Virus record (IMG/VR): IMGVR_UViG_3300028610_002494
Location: 32,001 to 96,000 of that record
Length of the DNA: 64,000 nt
Direction: 5' to 3' (one strand)
Origin: a virus
Part shown: one piece after another, positions 10,594 through 19,655 of the stretch
Position numbering within the stretch: the first letter of the stretch is position 1
Layout: each line of letters begins with the position of its first letter
The notes under the pieces: generated by a model
What the model was told of the DNA's origin: nothing
Databases searched by the model: none
The model's input: the letters and a program-made list of their open reading frames with translations, nothing else
Position numbers and translations under genes: made by a program

Positions 10594-10624
10594 ATTATTA
10601 AAAAACATAAAAAGGTAAGCGAAA

Positions 10625-11635
10625 ATGTCTAAAGTTAAAGTTTATTCAATACAAAAACTACAGAAACAATTAAAATTGGAAAAGAACTTAGAAAAAAGAG
10701 AACAATTAAGATTAATTTTAGACGAGATGGCAGAAGTATATCCTGATGAATCTGAAATACCATCTGATCCAAGATCACTTTTTACAGTTCCCAAACAATG
10801 GAAAAGTAGTAATATGAAAAGAAAACTTGTAATGGCAGTATTAGGAGAAAGTTTCACTGGAAAAACATTTACTGCTTTAAGTTCAAGTCATCTCACTGCT
10901 AAACATATAAAGAATGATTTTAAAGTTGGTTTAACTATTGAAGAAATAGAATATTTCTTACAACAAATGAAAAGATACATTCCTTTTACACCAGTTTGGG
11001 TTATAGGCACAGAAGAAAGCACTTATGAATGCTTAACCAGTGATGATAATGAAGAATATTTTGAACATGCAAACATTAATTATGTTGAAGTATTGGCAAA
11101 AGGAAGTGGTTTAACACTATTAGACCAAATTAGAACCTATAAAAACTTTCTTATTGCAATTTATGCATTGTCTAACCTAAAAAGAGGAACAGTCATACTT
11201 GACAGTTCAAGTGGTGTACTTAGTGCTCAACATGAAATTGTTCGTAGAGTAATTGGTAAACTTCCTTCACTCAAAAAAGAACAAGGAATATTGCCAAGAC
11301 ATTGGTTCTGGAGAAATGTAGAAAGAGAAGGTATTATGTTCTGGGGAAGAATTATGCCTGTACATTTCATATTCACCATTAAAATCATAATGCAATCAGT
11401 TGAAGGTGGAAAAGACATAGAAAAAATAAAATGGTGGGAAGAAACTGACAGACATCTTTCGTCTATTATTATAAAGAACAAAAGAATCGGAAAACAAGCC
11501 AATTTTAATAGTACAATAGAAAAATGTAGGATAAACACAACTTTATATAATAAAACCTATAAAAATTTAACTATGCCACTTTTTATGTGGAGTTTAATAA
11601 ATGCCAAAAAAAGAAAAATAAAAGAGGAAATATAA
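10625..11635 (+). CDS. RecA/Sak4-like P-loop ATPase
   Basis: Walker A GESFTGKT, Walker B TVILDS, C-terminal IEKCR. Confidence 0.65.
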   Translation: MSKVKVYSIQKLQKQLKLEKNLEKREQLRLILDEMAEVYPDESEIPSDPRSLFTVPKQWKSSNMKRKLVMAVLGESFTGKTFTALSSSHLTAKHIKNDFKVGLTIEEIEYFLQQMKRYIPFTPVWVIGTEESTYECLTSDDNEEYFEHANINYVEVLAKGSGLTLLDQIRTYKNFLIAIYALSNLKRGTVILDSSSGVLSAQHEIVRRVIGKLPSLKKEQGILPRHWFWRNVEREGIMFWGRIMPVHFIFTIKIIMQSVEGGKDIEKIKWWEETDRHLSSIIIKNKRIGKQANFNSTIEKCRINTTLYNKTYKNLTMPLFMWSLINAKKRKIKEEI

Positions 11636-11637
11636 AA

Positions 11638-12495
11638 ATGTTAAAAGAAATGAACAAAAAAGATTTAATAACCATAAACAATCTTGTAAGAGTATCAACA
11701 GCATCTGGTGATGATAAAATTGAAAAATATATAATAGAGCTTAATAAAGAAGAAAAAGCACTATTTGTTGAAATTTTCCAACCATCAGGTAAATTTGCTG
11801 TGTGTCTAAGAAAAGAAATGGAAGATATAGTTAAAGATGAACTAATTCCAATTGTTGATAGTGGAGAACTTAATGAAATACTTACTAAAATTATAGAAGG
11901 TGATGATATTGATCTTTCTGTTAAAAATAATAAAGTTCTCATTAAATCAAGCAAAGATAATATTGACGACAACATTGAACTTCCATATTATGAAGAAACC
12001 AAAGATGAAAAAGAATCAAGAGAAATGGTAAAGAAATCCTTTAAAACAAGAAAATATGGAAATGTAAACAACATCCTTACTTTTTATGGAATAGCAAATA
12101 AAGAAGACCCAAAACCTGATGCAGTATGTAAGGTTGACCTAAAAAGACTTAACATCAAAAATATTGCAACTGTATTTAATAAAGGTGCAATAGAAGTTGG
12201 CACCAAAAAAGGAACTTTTTACATTACTGTTGGTGGAGGAACACAAAAGCAGAGTAAAAACATAAAAAGAACAATAAAAAAAGGAGAAACTAAAGACCCA
12301 ATGAACATAAAAGGAGAAAGTACAGCATTACTTCAAGACATAAATTGTTTTTCCTTACTTTCTGGTTTCTCAGGACTTGTACACATTGATATGAAAGAAG
12401 ATTTTCCATTTGTGTTAAAAAAGAAAATAGCTGAACATAGAATTGGAATTTGTTATTTGATAAGCTTATTAGAAGTTGAAGAAACAGAAGAATAA
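11638..12495 (+). CDS. Divergent DNA sliding clamp (PCNA-like)
   Basis: About 285 aa; C-terminal VHIDMKEDFPFVL...ICYLISLLEVE matches the PCNA end pattern; RFC and a PIP-box PolB are in the same genome; ATG 11638 after GAGG. Confidence 0.6.
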   Translation: MLKEMNKKDLITINNLVRVSTASGDDKIEKYIIELNKEEKALFVEIFQPSGKFAVCLRKEMEDIVKDELIPIVDSGELNEILTKIIEGDDIDLSVKNNKVLIKSSKDNIDDNIELPYYEETKDEKESREMVKKSFKTRKYGNVNNILTFYGIANKEDPKPDAVCKVDLKRLNIKNIATVFNKGAIEVGTKKGTFYITVGGGTQKQSKNIKRTIKKGETKDPMNIKGESTALLQDINCFSLLSGFSGLVHIDMKEDFPFVLKKKIAEHRIGICYLISLLEVEETEE

Positions 12496-12510
12496 TTAAT
12501 TAATTTTTTA

Positions 12511-12552
12511 TTTTATTGTAAGTGTGTTTAGGTTTCCTGAGCACCAATAAAA
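12511..12552 (+). repeat. Bulged-hairpin repeat A, copy 1
   Basis: TTTTATTG-TAAGT-GTGTTTAGG-TTT-CCTGAGCAC-CAATAAAA. Confidence 0.95.
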
Positions 12553-13020
12553 ATTGAATTAAAGAAAAAAAGGTTAAAAAATGAAAGAAATAGTAAAAGT
12601 ATTTGCTGAAGAAATGGAAAAAATATTAGATGAAAAGTTTGAAAAATATCAAGACAGTTGGAAAGATGAAGACTTAGATTCACTTGTGAGATATTTAAAT
12701 GAACAAGTCCGAAAACTTAATAAACTCTTATTAAAACGAATTATTAATAAAAAAGACCTAAGAAGACTGGTTCATATAGCAAACCAATGTTTAATTCTTT
12801 TCACCAGACTAAATAAATAAATAAATAAATAAATATTTTATTATACAAAAACGGAAAATGGTGATTGATGGTACACAGTAAAGGATGTAGAAAAATTAAC
12901 ATTTTGGAACTCTCTGCATCGTCTGATACATATTTTCTGTTGGTTTTTACAGTTATGTATTATGTGGGATTCAATTATTTGCCGAAATTTTTGTGAATAA
13001 TAGATAAAAAAATAAGAAAA

Positions 13021-13542
13021 ATGGAAAAAATAAAAAAGATAAAATTTGAACTAATTCAAATGGAAAAGAATTATCAAACAAACAAGTCCATTTTCGTGAA
13101 AGACAGAACAATATTTATAGTTGGAAGATCAAATAAGTTAGGTAAAAAAATATTTTTCGTAAATGATTTTTATCCAAGGTTTTATGTAGAAAAAGGAGAA
13201 AATATAGATTTCATCATTGAAGAACATAAAGATAAAATAAAAGAAATTAAAACTAAAGAAGATGGTGAAGAATATAACTACAAAAATCTTGGAGGAAAAG
13301 AAGAACTTATTACAATTTACATTTATAAAACTTCAGATATTGAGATAAGAGATTTGTTTAGCAAAACATATCAAGCAAATATTAAATTTACTGAAGTTTT
13401 TAAAAGGGAAAAACTCATAAAAGATAATTTTTATGTTCCAGAATACGTTTTTGAAATGAAAACAAGAACTTTCAAAATATATGGAATAGAATACATAATG
13501 ATAAAAGAAAATGAGATTGATGGAGGAGAATTGATATTTTAA
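13021..13542 (+). CDS. Stand-alone family B DNA polymerase N-terminal domain
   Basis: IFIVGR...VNDFYPRFYV and IRDLFSKTYQANIKF match PolB NTD motifs (F.PYFY; T.EADI.F); the PolB at 28024 lacks this domain. Confidence 0.7.
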   Translation: MEKIKKIKFELIQMEKNYQTNKSIFVKDRTIFIVGRSNKLGKKIFFVNDFYPRFYVEKGENIDFIIEEHKDKIKEIKTKEDGEEYNYKNLGGKEELITIYIYKTSDIEIRDLFSKTYQANIKFTEVFKREKLIKDNFYVPEYVFEMKTRTFKIYGIEYIMIKENEIDGGELIF

Positions 13543-13907
13543 AAATATACATCTCAGGTGCTGTAGAAGACTCAGAAATAATAAATGAATTAGCAAGATA
13601 TTTTGAAAAATGTAAATGTAAAATAACTCGAAAATGGTGGCACTTTACTACTGAAGATATAATGAGATATCCATTATATATAGAAGAAGATATTAAAGCA
13701 ATCAGAAAATGTGACTTATTTATAATGTATAATACCAATAAAAAAACAAGTGGTAAATTTATAGAACTTGGCATGGCTATTATATTGAATAAACCTATTT
13801 TAATTTATGGAAAAGACATAACAAGTATGTTTAAATCAAGAACACAATATTGTGGAGAATTTAATATTCAAAAAGAGGAGAAAAGATGGAAACTAAAAAA
13901 GAATTAA
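13536..13907 (+). CDS. Nucleoside 2-deoxyribosyltransferase / N-glycosidase-like protein (extended upstream, non-canonical start)
   Basis: LKIYISGA...EDIKAIRKCD...SGKFIELGMAIILNKP; frame open back to TGA at 13518; GGAGG at 13522. Confidence 0.75.
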   Translation: MLKIYISGAVEDSEIINELARYFEKCKCKITRKWWHFTTEDIMRYPLYIEEDIKAIRKCDLFIMYNTNKKTSGKFIELGMAIILNKPILIYGKDITSMFKSRTQYCGEFNIQKEEKRWKLKKN

Positions 13908-14362
13908 GTGTTAAAGATATAGTTAAAAAATTCATAGATGATGAAAAAACTGCTTTCTTTCAACTCATTTATGATAGTATTACACGTGCATCTTCAACAA
14001 AAAGACCAGCAAGAGCAACTATAAGATTGCCAAAATATATTTGTGATACAGACACAAGGGATTTAAGAAAATGGGAAATTATTTGTGTTGCTATTCCAAA
14101 AGAGAAAGTAATGAAACTTTTAGAGGAATAAAATTATGAGATGGAAAATACAAATCATTAATTTAGGAAGTAAAAAGAAAAGAAAGATTAAAGACCTAAA
14201 AGACTATATATATGAAATCGCAGCAAAAATACAGATTTTTGTTGTTGAATTAGCAGAAGAAGATGAAACAATACCACTAACAAAACAAGAAAAATTAAAA
14301 AGAACTGGTGATTTCCTTTTAAAATTACAAAAAGAAATATTAGAATTTAGGAGAAATAAATA

Positions 14363-15022
14363 TTGTCGTTAATGGATTTTATTGGAAATAAAAAACCATT
14401 GGAAGAATTTATCAAATCTAATAAAGAAGATATTAAATTCAAGAAAATTAAATTTGAAGATATAATCTTTAGTGCTTTCGTTCATTTAAAATGTATGAAT
14501 TGTGGAATGTATAAAAGAAATTATCACTGTTTAGCAACTCCAAGATGGAAAAAATCTAAAGAAAACTTATCAAAATATAATAATTATTACTTAGTTTACA
14601 TACAATTTGATAATAAACCAAGAATAAAGGATTATTTCAAGAAAAGAGAAGTGTTTAGAGCACAAGGAAGTAAAGGAATGAATGATTGGTTAATTTATAG
14701 GAATGCTTGTGGTGCAAATCAAGCAATCATAGTTAGTAAATTAAGAAAATTCTTGATAAATGTTAAAACACACTATTCTAAAGAAAAATTAAAACTTTTT
14801 GGTGCAGGTGGTGGATGTCGTGGTTGTAGAGTTTGTGGGTTGGTTAAACCACAAATGATTAAAGAACCAAGAGAACCATGTAAAAAACCAAACAAGACTT
14901 TTGGAGCACCTGAAAGTATCGGAATAGACGTATATGCAACTTTAAAGAGAAATAAAATAGAATATGATGTCATACCAAAAAATAAATTAATAACAGTAGG
15001 GTTGATATGTCAAAAACAATAA
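14363..15022 (+). CDS. DUF2284-like Cys-rich metal-binding protein
   Basis: CMNCGMY...C, GGCRGCRVC...C...APESIGIDVY. Confidence 0.7.
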   Translation: MSLMDFIGNKKPLEEFIKSNKEDIKFKKIKFEDIIFSAFVHLKCMNCGMYKRNYHCLATPRWKKSKENLSKYNNYYLVYIQFDNKPRIKDYFKKREVFRAQGSKGMNDWLIYRNACGANQAIIVSKLRKFLINVKTHYSKEKLKLFGAGGGCRGCRVCGLVKPQMIKEPREPCKKPNKTFGAPESIGIDVYATLKRNKIEYDVIPKNKLITVGLICQKQ

Positions 15023-15451
15023 ATTGTAATCTAAATTGTCCAGCTTGTCATACAAACATAACTAAGATGAAAGAACATCATTTAAATGAAGATTTAGCTG
15101 TATTTAGATGTTTTTATTGTGGATATACTCAAACTATTTCAAATAATGGAGAATTTGAACCACAAGAAGAATTGAATATATATTATAATGAATATATAAA
15201 AAAAGAAATTATGAAGTGAAAAAAGAAAATGGCATGGAAATTAAGAACTTTTAAATGTAAAATTAAAAATAGAGACTATATCTCTGAGATGTTTAAGATA
15301 AATAAAAGAACTTATAATTACACAACAACCTTAGATGGTAAAGTTATTGCTCATGAAGAAAATCTCGAAATGGAGACAGCAGTTATACTTGAAGATCACA
15401 TTAAAGAAATAATTAAAAAAGAAAAAAGAATTTATCAAATGGAAAATTAAA

Positions 15452-16066
15452 ATGAGTCTTGAAAAATTTATAGGTATAAAAAGAGTAATAGATAACACAA
15501 TACCATCAGTTTTTATACATATTTTAGGTGGTCATAGTACTGGAAAGTCTGGAATAGTTGGAAGAATAAAACAAAAATATGGTGCTAAAATTATGGCACT
15601 TGGTAAGTATTCAAGAAGTAGAACAACAAAAGGACTGCTAACTGGTGGAATGGATGGAATACAGATGACCAACAAAGAACGATTTAAATACATTAAAAGA
15701 CATTTTCTTTCAAATAAACAAGTGTTATTGTGTGAAGGAATGATGGTTATTTATTATGATTCTTTTTTAAGCAAATACTATGAACTACAGAAAATAAAAC
15801 ACAGAACTGTTTATGTAATATTACTACAAACTGATATTGAAACAATGCGAAAAAGAATATCTAAAAGAAGTAAAGGAAAAGAACATAGTGAAAAAAGAGA
15901 AAGAAATTTAAGATCAAAAGCAAGTTGTTCTGAATCAACTTATAATAGACTTGAAGAAAATAGTACATTTATTAAAACTAAATTCGATACATCAGATTCT
16001 AAGATTTTTGATAATATAGTTATATATATATCTGAAATTATTGACAAAACACTAAAAAAGGAATAA
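15452..16066 (+). CDS. P-loop nucleotide/DNA-base kinase of the type associated with aGPT-PPlase systems
   Basis: GGHSTGKS, LGKY...GGMDGI, LLCEG, RISKRS lid; near the amino acid:DNA transferase gene. Confidence 0.75.
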   Translation: MSLEKFIGIKRVIDNTIPSVFIHILGGHSTGKSGIVGRIKQKYGAKIMALGKYSRSRTTKGLLTGGMDGIQMTNKERFKYIKRHFLSNKQVLLCEGMMVIYYDSFLSKYYELQKIKHRTVYVILLQTDIETMRKRISKRSKGKEHSEKRERNLRSKASCSESTYNRLEENSTFIKTKFDTSDSKIFDNIVIYISEIIDKTLKKE

Positions 16067-16068
16067 AT

Positions 16069-16641
16069 ATGGATTTTTTGATAAGAAAAATTAAAAATGA
16101 AAATGATAAAACACAAATTAAAATAATTTGTGAAAGTGTGGACAATAAAACAGTGAAATCTTTTCCTAATATTTGGGAAAGATTTAATAACTGGGAAAAG
16201 AATCCACCTTATGTTGTTGAAATAGATGGAAAGATAATTGCTTTTATGGGATTCACGATTAATAGAAATAATTATATTAATTTTTATGATTTTGCAGTTT
16301 TACCTGAATACCAAAGAAAAGGTATTGGTTCAGCTTTATGGGATAAGGTTATTAAAATTGCAACAGAAAATAGTAAAACAAGAATAAAATGTTCTGCTCA
16401 CATAGATTATGGTGGATATTTCTTTTACACTAAGAAAGTTAATTGGAAACCAATTGCAAGAAAAGGGAAAGAATATAAATTTGATGCTTTAATTGAAGGA
16501 ATTGATAATATTAATGATTTTACAAAAAGTATAAAGAAACAAACTCCACCAGATAAAAAAGAGATTGAAAGATATCAGAGATTAGATGAGTATTTTTATA
16601 ACTTAACTAAAAAAATATGGGAGTACTTTAAAAAATGTTAG
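16069..16641 (+). CDS. GNAT acetyltransferase
   Basis: FAVLPEYQRKGIGSAL acetyl-CoA motif; GYFFY. Confidence 0.85.
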   Translation: MDFLIRKIKNENDKTQIKIICESVDNKTVKSFPNIWERFNNWEKNPPYVVEIDGKIIAFMGFTINRNNYINFYDFAVLPEYQRKGIGSALWDKVIKIATENSKTRIKCSAHIDYGGYFFYTKKVNWKPIARKGKEYKFDALIEGIDNINDFTKSIKKQTPPDKKEIERYQRLDEYFYNLTKKIWEYFKKC

Positions 16642-17240
16642 AAACAATTGATGAAGAAGATAAAATAATTAGGAAATTAACTTTTAAAGAAAAATTAGAA
16701 ATTGGAAAATGTGGAGAAAAAATTACAGATGAGAGAATAGTAGATATAATCCATTTCTTTACAGCTTATAATTCACCAAGAAGATGGTATATAGAAAAAA
16801 GTGTATATCAAAAACTATCTCCATATGAAAGATATAAAAAATACCAAGGCAACGGAATTGATGGATTACTTCATTATGATAGCTTATTAGTTCAAGTAAA
16901 AACAAGACAACTTGCATATCTCTTAGAAGAAGACATATATTTTGAATTAGGAAGAAGTATAAAAGGAATAAATAAATATAGTGGATGGTATTGGAAAAAT
17001 ATTGATTTATTATTATATTATTTTTATAGCTTAACAAAAAAGAAGATAATGTGTGGATATGTTATACTTCTGGATGAATTTAAGAAAACATATAACACTC
17101 CTGTAAAAATTAATAAGAAGTTTGAAATAAAATGTGATTGGAACTTTAATCCAACAAAAATATATTTTTGTCCTAAATTTAAAGATTTTCCAAATAATTC
17201 ATTTTATGATATAACACCAATAGTAAAGGAGCTGGAATAA
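16635..17240 (+). CDS. PD-(D/E)xK nuclease-fold protein
   Basis: GE...GIDGL...VQVKTR...DIYFE. Confidence 0.65.
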   Translation: MLETIDEEDKIIRKLTFKEKLEIGKCGEKITDERIVDIIHFFTAYNSPRRWYIEKSVYQKLSPYERYKKYQGNGIDGLLHYDSLLVQVKTRQLAYLLEEDIYFELGRSIKGINKYSGWYWKNIDLLLYYFYSLTKKKIMCGYVILLDEFKKTYNTPVKINKKFEIKCDWNFNPTKIYFCPKFKDFPNNSFYDITPIVKELE

Positions 17241-17241
17241 A

Positions 17242-17658
17242 ATAAAACTAATTCCTGATGTAACAGATAAAACATTAGAAACAAAGAAATTTAATCCAAA
17301 ATTAATTTATGAATCTATATTAAGAGAAACTGATATTTCTGAAGAAGATGCTAAAAGAATTATGGAAGAAGTTGTAAGAAAATTAGTTTTTATGGGTAAA
17401 AAAATAAAGTTCCTATCTGCTCGAATGATAAGAGAAACGACAAATGCAACATTTCCAGAATATGGATTTGAAGAAGAAAGAAAAAAATATACAGTAATTG
17501 GAATTCCATTCTATGATTTAAAAAATTGGGTTGAAGATAAAACCTTAATTCAAACAGAAATTGATAAAAAAATAGTAGAACATATTAGAACTGAATATTT
17601 AAATGTAGAAAACCTAATAGAAACAATAAGAAATGGAGAAAATAATGAGAGATTATAA
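17242..17658 (+). CDS. Stand-alone ATP-cone protein (archaeal NrdD N-terminus-like), extended upstream from an ATA start
   Basis: FNPKLIYESILRETDISEEDAKRIMEEV...FLSARMIRE; frame open from 17227; AGGAG RBS. Confidence 0.7.
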   Translation: MKLIPDVTDKTLETKKFNPKLIYESILRETDISEEDAKRIMEEVVRKLVFMGKKIKFLSARMIRETTNATFPEYGFEEERKKYTVIGIPFYDLKNWVEDKTLIQTEIDKKIVEHIRTEYLNVENLIETIRNGENNERL

Positions 17659-18763
17659 TATAACAGACTACAGAACTGAAAGATGGAATGGTTTTAAGGA
17701 TTATTATATTAAAGAAATGTACTGTGGTGATGATCCAAATTATCCTGCTTTAAATTATATTTGTGATAAATTAAAACTAACTGAAGAACAGAGATATTGG
17801 ATTGCATTCTTATATGGAACTAATTATTGTGTTCCAACAACATATTACATTTTTAAGGAATTTCCTGATTATGAAAGAATAGATATTGACGAACTACAAC
17901 ATTGGTGGGATAAAAATAAAGAAAAAACACATTTCCAAACAGACAGAGCAAAAGTAAAGAACTTTAATTATTTTGTAAAATGTGTTGAAAGCTATCAAGA
18001 TTTAGTAGGAAAAAACCAAGTAGAAACTTTTGATATATTTACTGAAATAGATGATAATCAAGAAAAATATAAAATGGTTTATGATTTTACTAATGAAATA
18101 TTTTATTTTGGAAGATTTAGTTTATTTAATTATCTTGAAACAATTAATAAACTCACTAATTTAGAAATGGAACCAGATGGTTTAGATCTTAAATATGCAG
18201 AGAGTGCACGTAATGGACTATGTTATGCTTGTAATAAAGAAGAGTTTATCACATTACATCACAAAAAATCAAAAGAAAAGATAAATTATAGGTATTTACA
18301 AGAAAAACTCGAAACAATTGTATATGAATTAAAAGAAGAGAACCCTGAGATTGATGTAAACTACTGGAATGTTGAAACTGTTTTATGTGCATATAAAAAA
18401 CTATTCTGGAACACAAGATATCTTGGTTATTATATTGATAGACAAATGGAAGATATAATTAAATTGCAGAATAATGTAGATATAATAGATTGGAAAATTC
18501 TATGGGATTTTAGAGCTGAATTTCATCATCCACAATTTCTTGGTGAATTTAATGACTGGAATGGGATAAGAGAAGAGAACAAGTATTATGTAACAAAACA
18601 TGGAATACTTGATATTAAAGAATTTCCTAAATATAAAACCTGTTTAAGAAAAGTTGATTTACAATCTACTAAAAAACCAAAATTAATAAACAACTTAGAA
18701 CATTATAAAAGAAGAATAATAAGCAAAAAACCTAAACCAAAAAAAATATGGGAATATTTTTAA
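17633..18763 (+). CDS. Amino acid:DNA transferase (alpha-glutamyl/putrescinyl-thymine pyrophosphorylase clade 2-like)
   Basis: QRYWIAFLYG, F.TDR, FGRFSLFNYLE (HhH-like), ETVLCAYKK and YLGYYIDRQ motifs; start may be 17645. Confidence 0.8.
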   Translation: MEKIMRDYNITDYRTERWNGFKDYYIKEMYCGDDPNYPALNYICDKLKLTEEQRYWIAFLYGTNYCVPTTYYIFKEFPDYERIDIDELQHWWDKNKEKTHFQTDRAKVKNFNYFVKCVESYQDLVGKNQVETFDIFTEIDDNQEKYKMVYDFTNEIFYFGRFSLFNYLETINKLTNLEMEPDGLDLKYAESARNGLCYACNKEEFITLHHKKSKEKINYRYLQEKLETIVYELKEENPEIDVNYWNVETVLCAYKKLFWNTRYLGYYIDRQMEDIIKLQNNVDIIDWKILWDFRAEFHHPQFLGEFNDWNGIREENKYYVTKHGILDIKEFPKYKTCLRKVDLQSTKKPKLINNLEHYKRRIISKKPKPKKIWEYF

Positions 18764-18776
18764 AAAGAGGTGAAAT

Positions 18777-19016
18777 ATTATAACAAATCATAAAGAAATA
18801 AGATACAAAATCTGTTTTAATTGTAAGGTGTTTATGCCAATTTTCACTTGTGATGCCATTAATCTACAAGAACTAACAAATTTCGAAAGAATACATAATG
18901 AACATATGGTTCAAACTATAAACTACAACGAAATACCTACAAATTATATATTTATTAAAGGCAAAAATGCAAGAGAAAGAACTTTAACACAAATTCAAAA
19001 AATGTTAGAAGTATGA
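18777..19016 (+). CDS. Small Cys/His Zn-binding protein (ATT/ATA start)
   Basis: YKICFNCKVFMPI...HNEH; GAGGTGA RBS at 18767. Confidence 0.6.
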   Translation: MITNHKEIRYKICFNCKVFMPIFTCDAINLQELTNFERIHNEHMVQTINYNEIPTNYIFIKGKNARERTLTQIQKMLEV

Positions 19017-19174
19017 AAAAATGTAAGGGATGTGGATATCCTCAAAATCCACCAAATAGCAATAAAATTTGGTTATCTGAGGATGGTCTATGTTCAATAT
19101 GTTATTCAAAACAAATAAAACTTAAAAAAAATAATAAAAAACCTAAAAAAATATGGGAATATTATGATAATTAA
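19013..19174 (+). CDS. 53-aa Zn-finger protein ending in KKIWEYY, absent from the ORF track
   Basis: MKKCKGCG...CSIC...KKPKKIWEYYDN*. Confidence 0.7.
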   Translation: MKKCKGCGYPQNPPNSNKIWLSEDGLCSICYSKQIKLKKNNKKPKKIWEYYDN

Positions 19175-19655
19175 AATAAAGAAAATGGGAAGAAATGTAA
19201 AATTACCAACAAAACAAAGAGAAGGAGATGCTGGATATGATGCTTATATTTATGGTTTCCAGAAATATACTCAAAATAAAATTAATAAAAATAAAAATCC
19301 AGTTAATTTGAATAGATCAGAATATATTTTAGAACCATTAGAAAGGGTTGATTGTAGATTAGGATTTGCCACAGAAATTCCTGAAGGATATTATGCTCAA
19401 ATTGTACCAAGAAGTGGTTTAGCAATTTGGAATGGTTTAACTGTATTAAATACACCTGCTACAATTGATTCTGGTTTCAGAAATGAATGGATGGTGATAA
19501 TTGTTAATATTTCTGATAAAAAAGTGAAGTTAATAGTTGGAGACAGAATTTGTCAAATAATCATAAGAAAATTGGTGGAATTTGAATTTAAAGAAGTTAA
19601 AAAATTAAATAAATCTGAAAGAAATTTAAATGGATTAGGGAGCACAGGAAAATGA
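19164..19655 (+). CDS. dut: Trimeric dUTPase
   Basis: AGYD, PRSGLA, TIDSGFR, GDRICQ, GLGSTG. Confidence 0.95.
   Translation: MIIKIKKMGRNVKLPTKQREGDAGYDAYIYGFQKYTQNKINKNKNPVNLNRSEYILEPLERVDCRLGFATEIPEGYYAQIVPRSGLAIWNGLTVLNTPATIDSGFRNEWMVIIVNISDKKVKLIVGDRICQIIIRKLVEFEFKEVKKLNKSERNLNGLGSTGK

Noticed and set aside
12811-12834. (AAAT)n microsatellite
   Set aside because: Short and expected in such AT-rich DNA.
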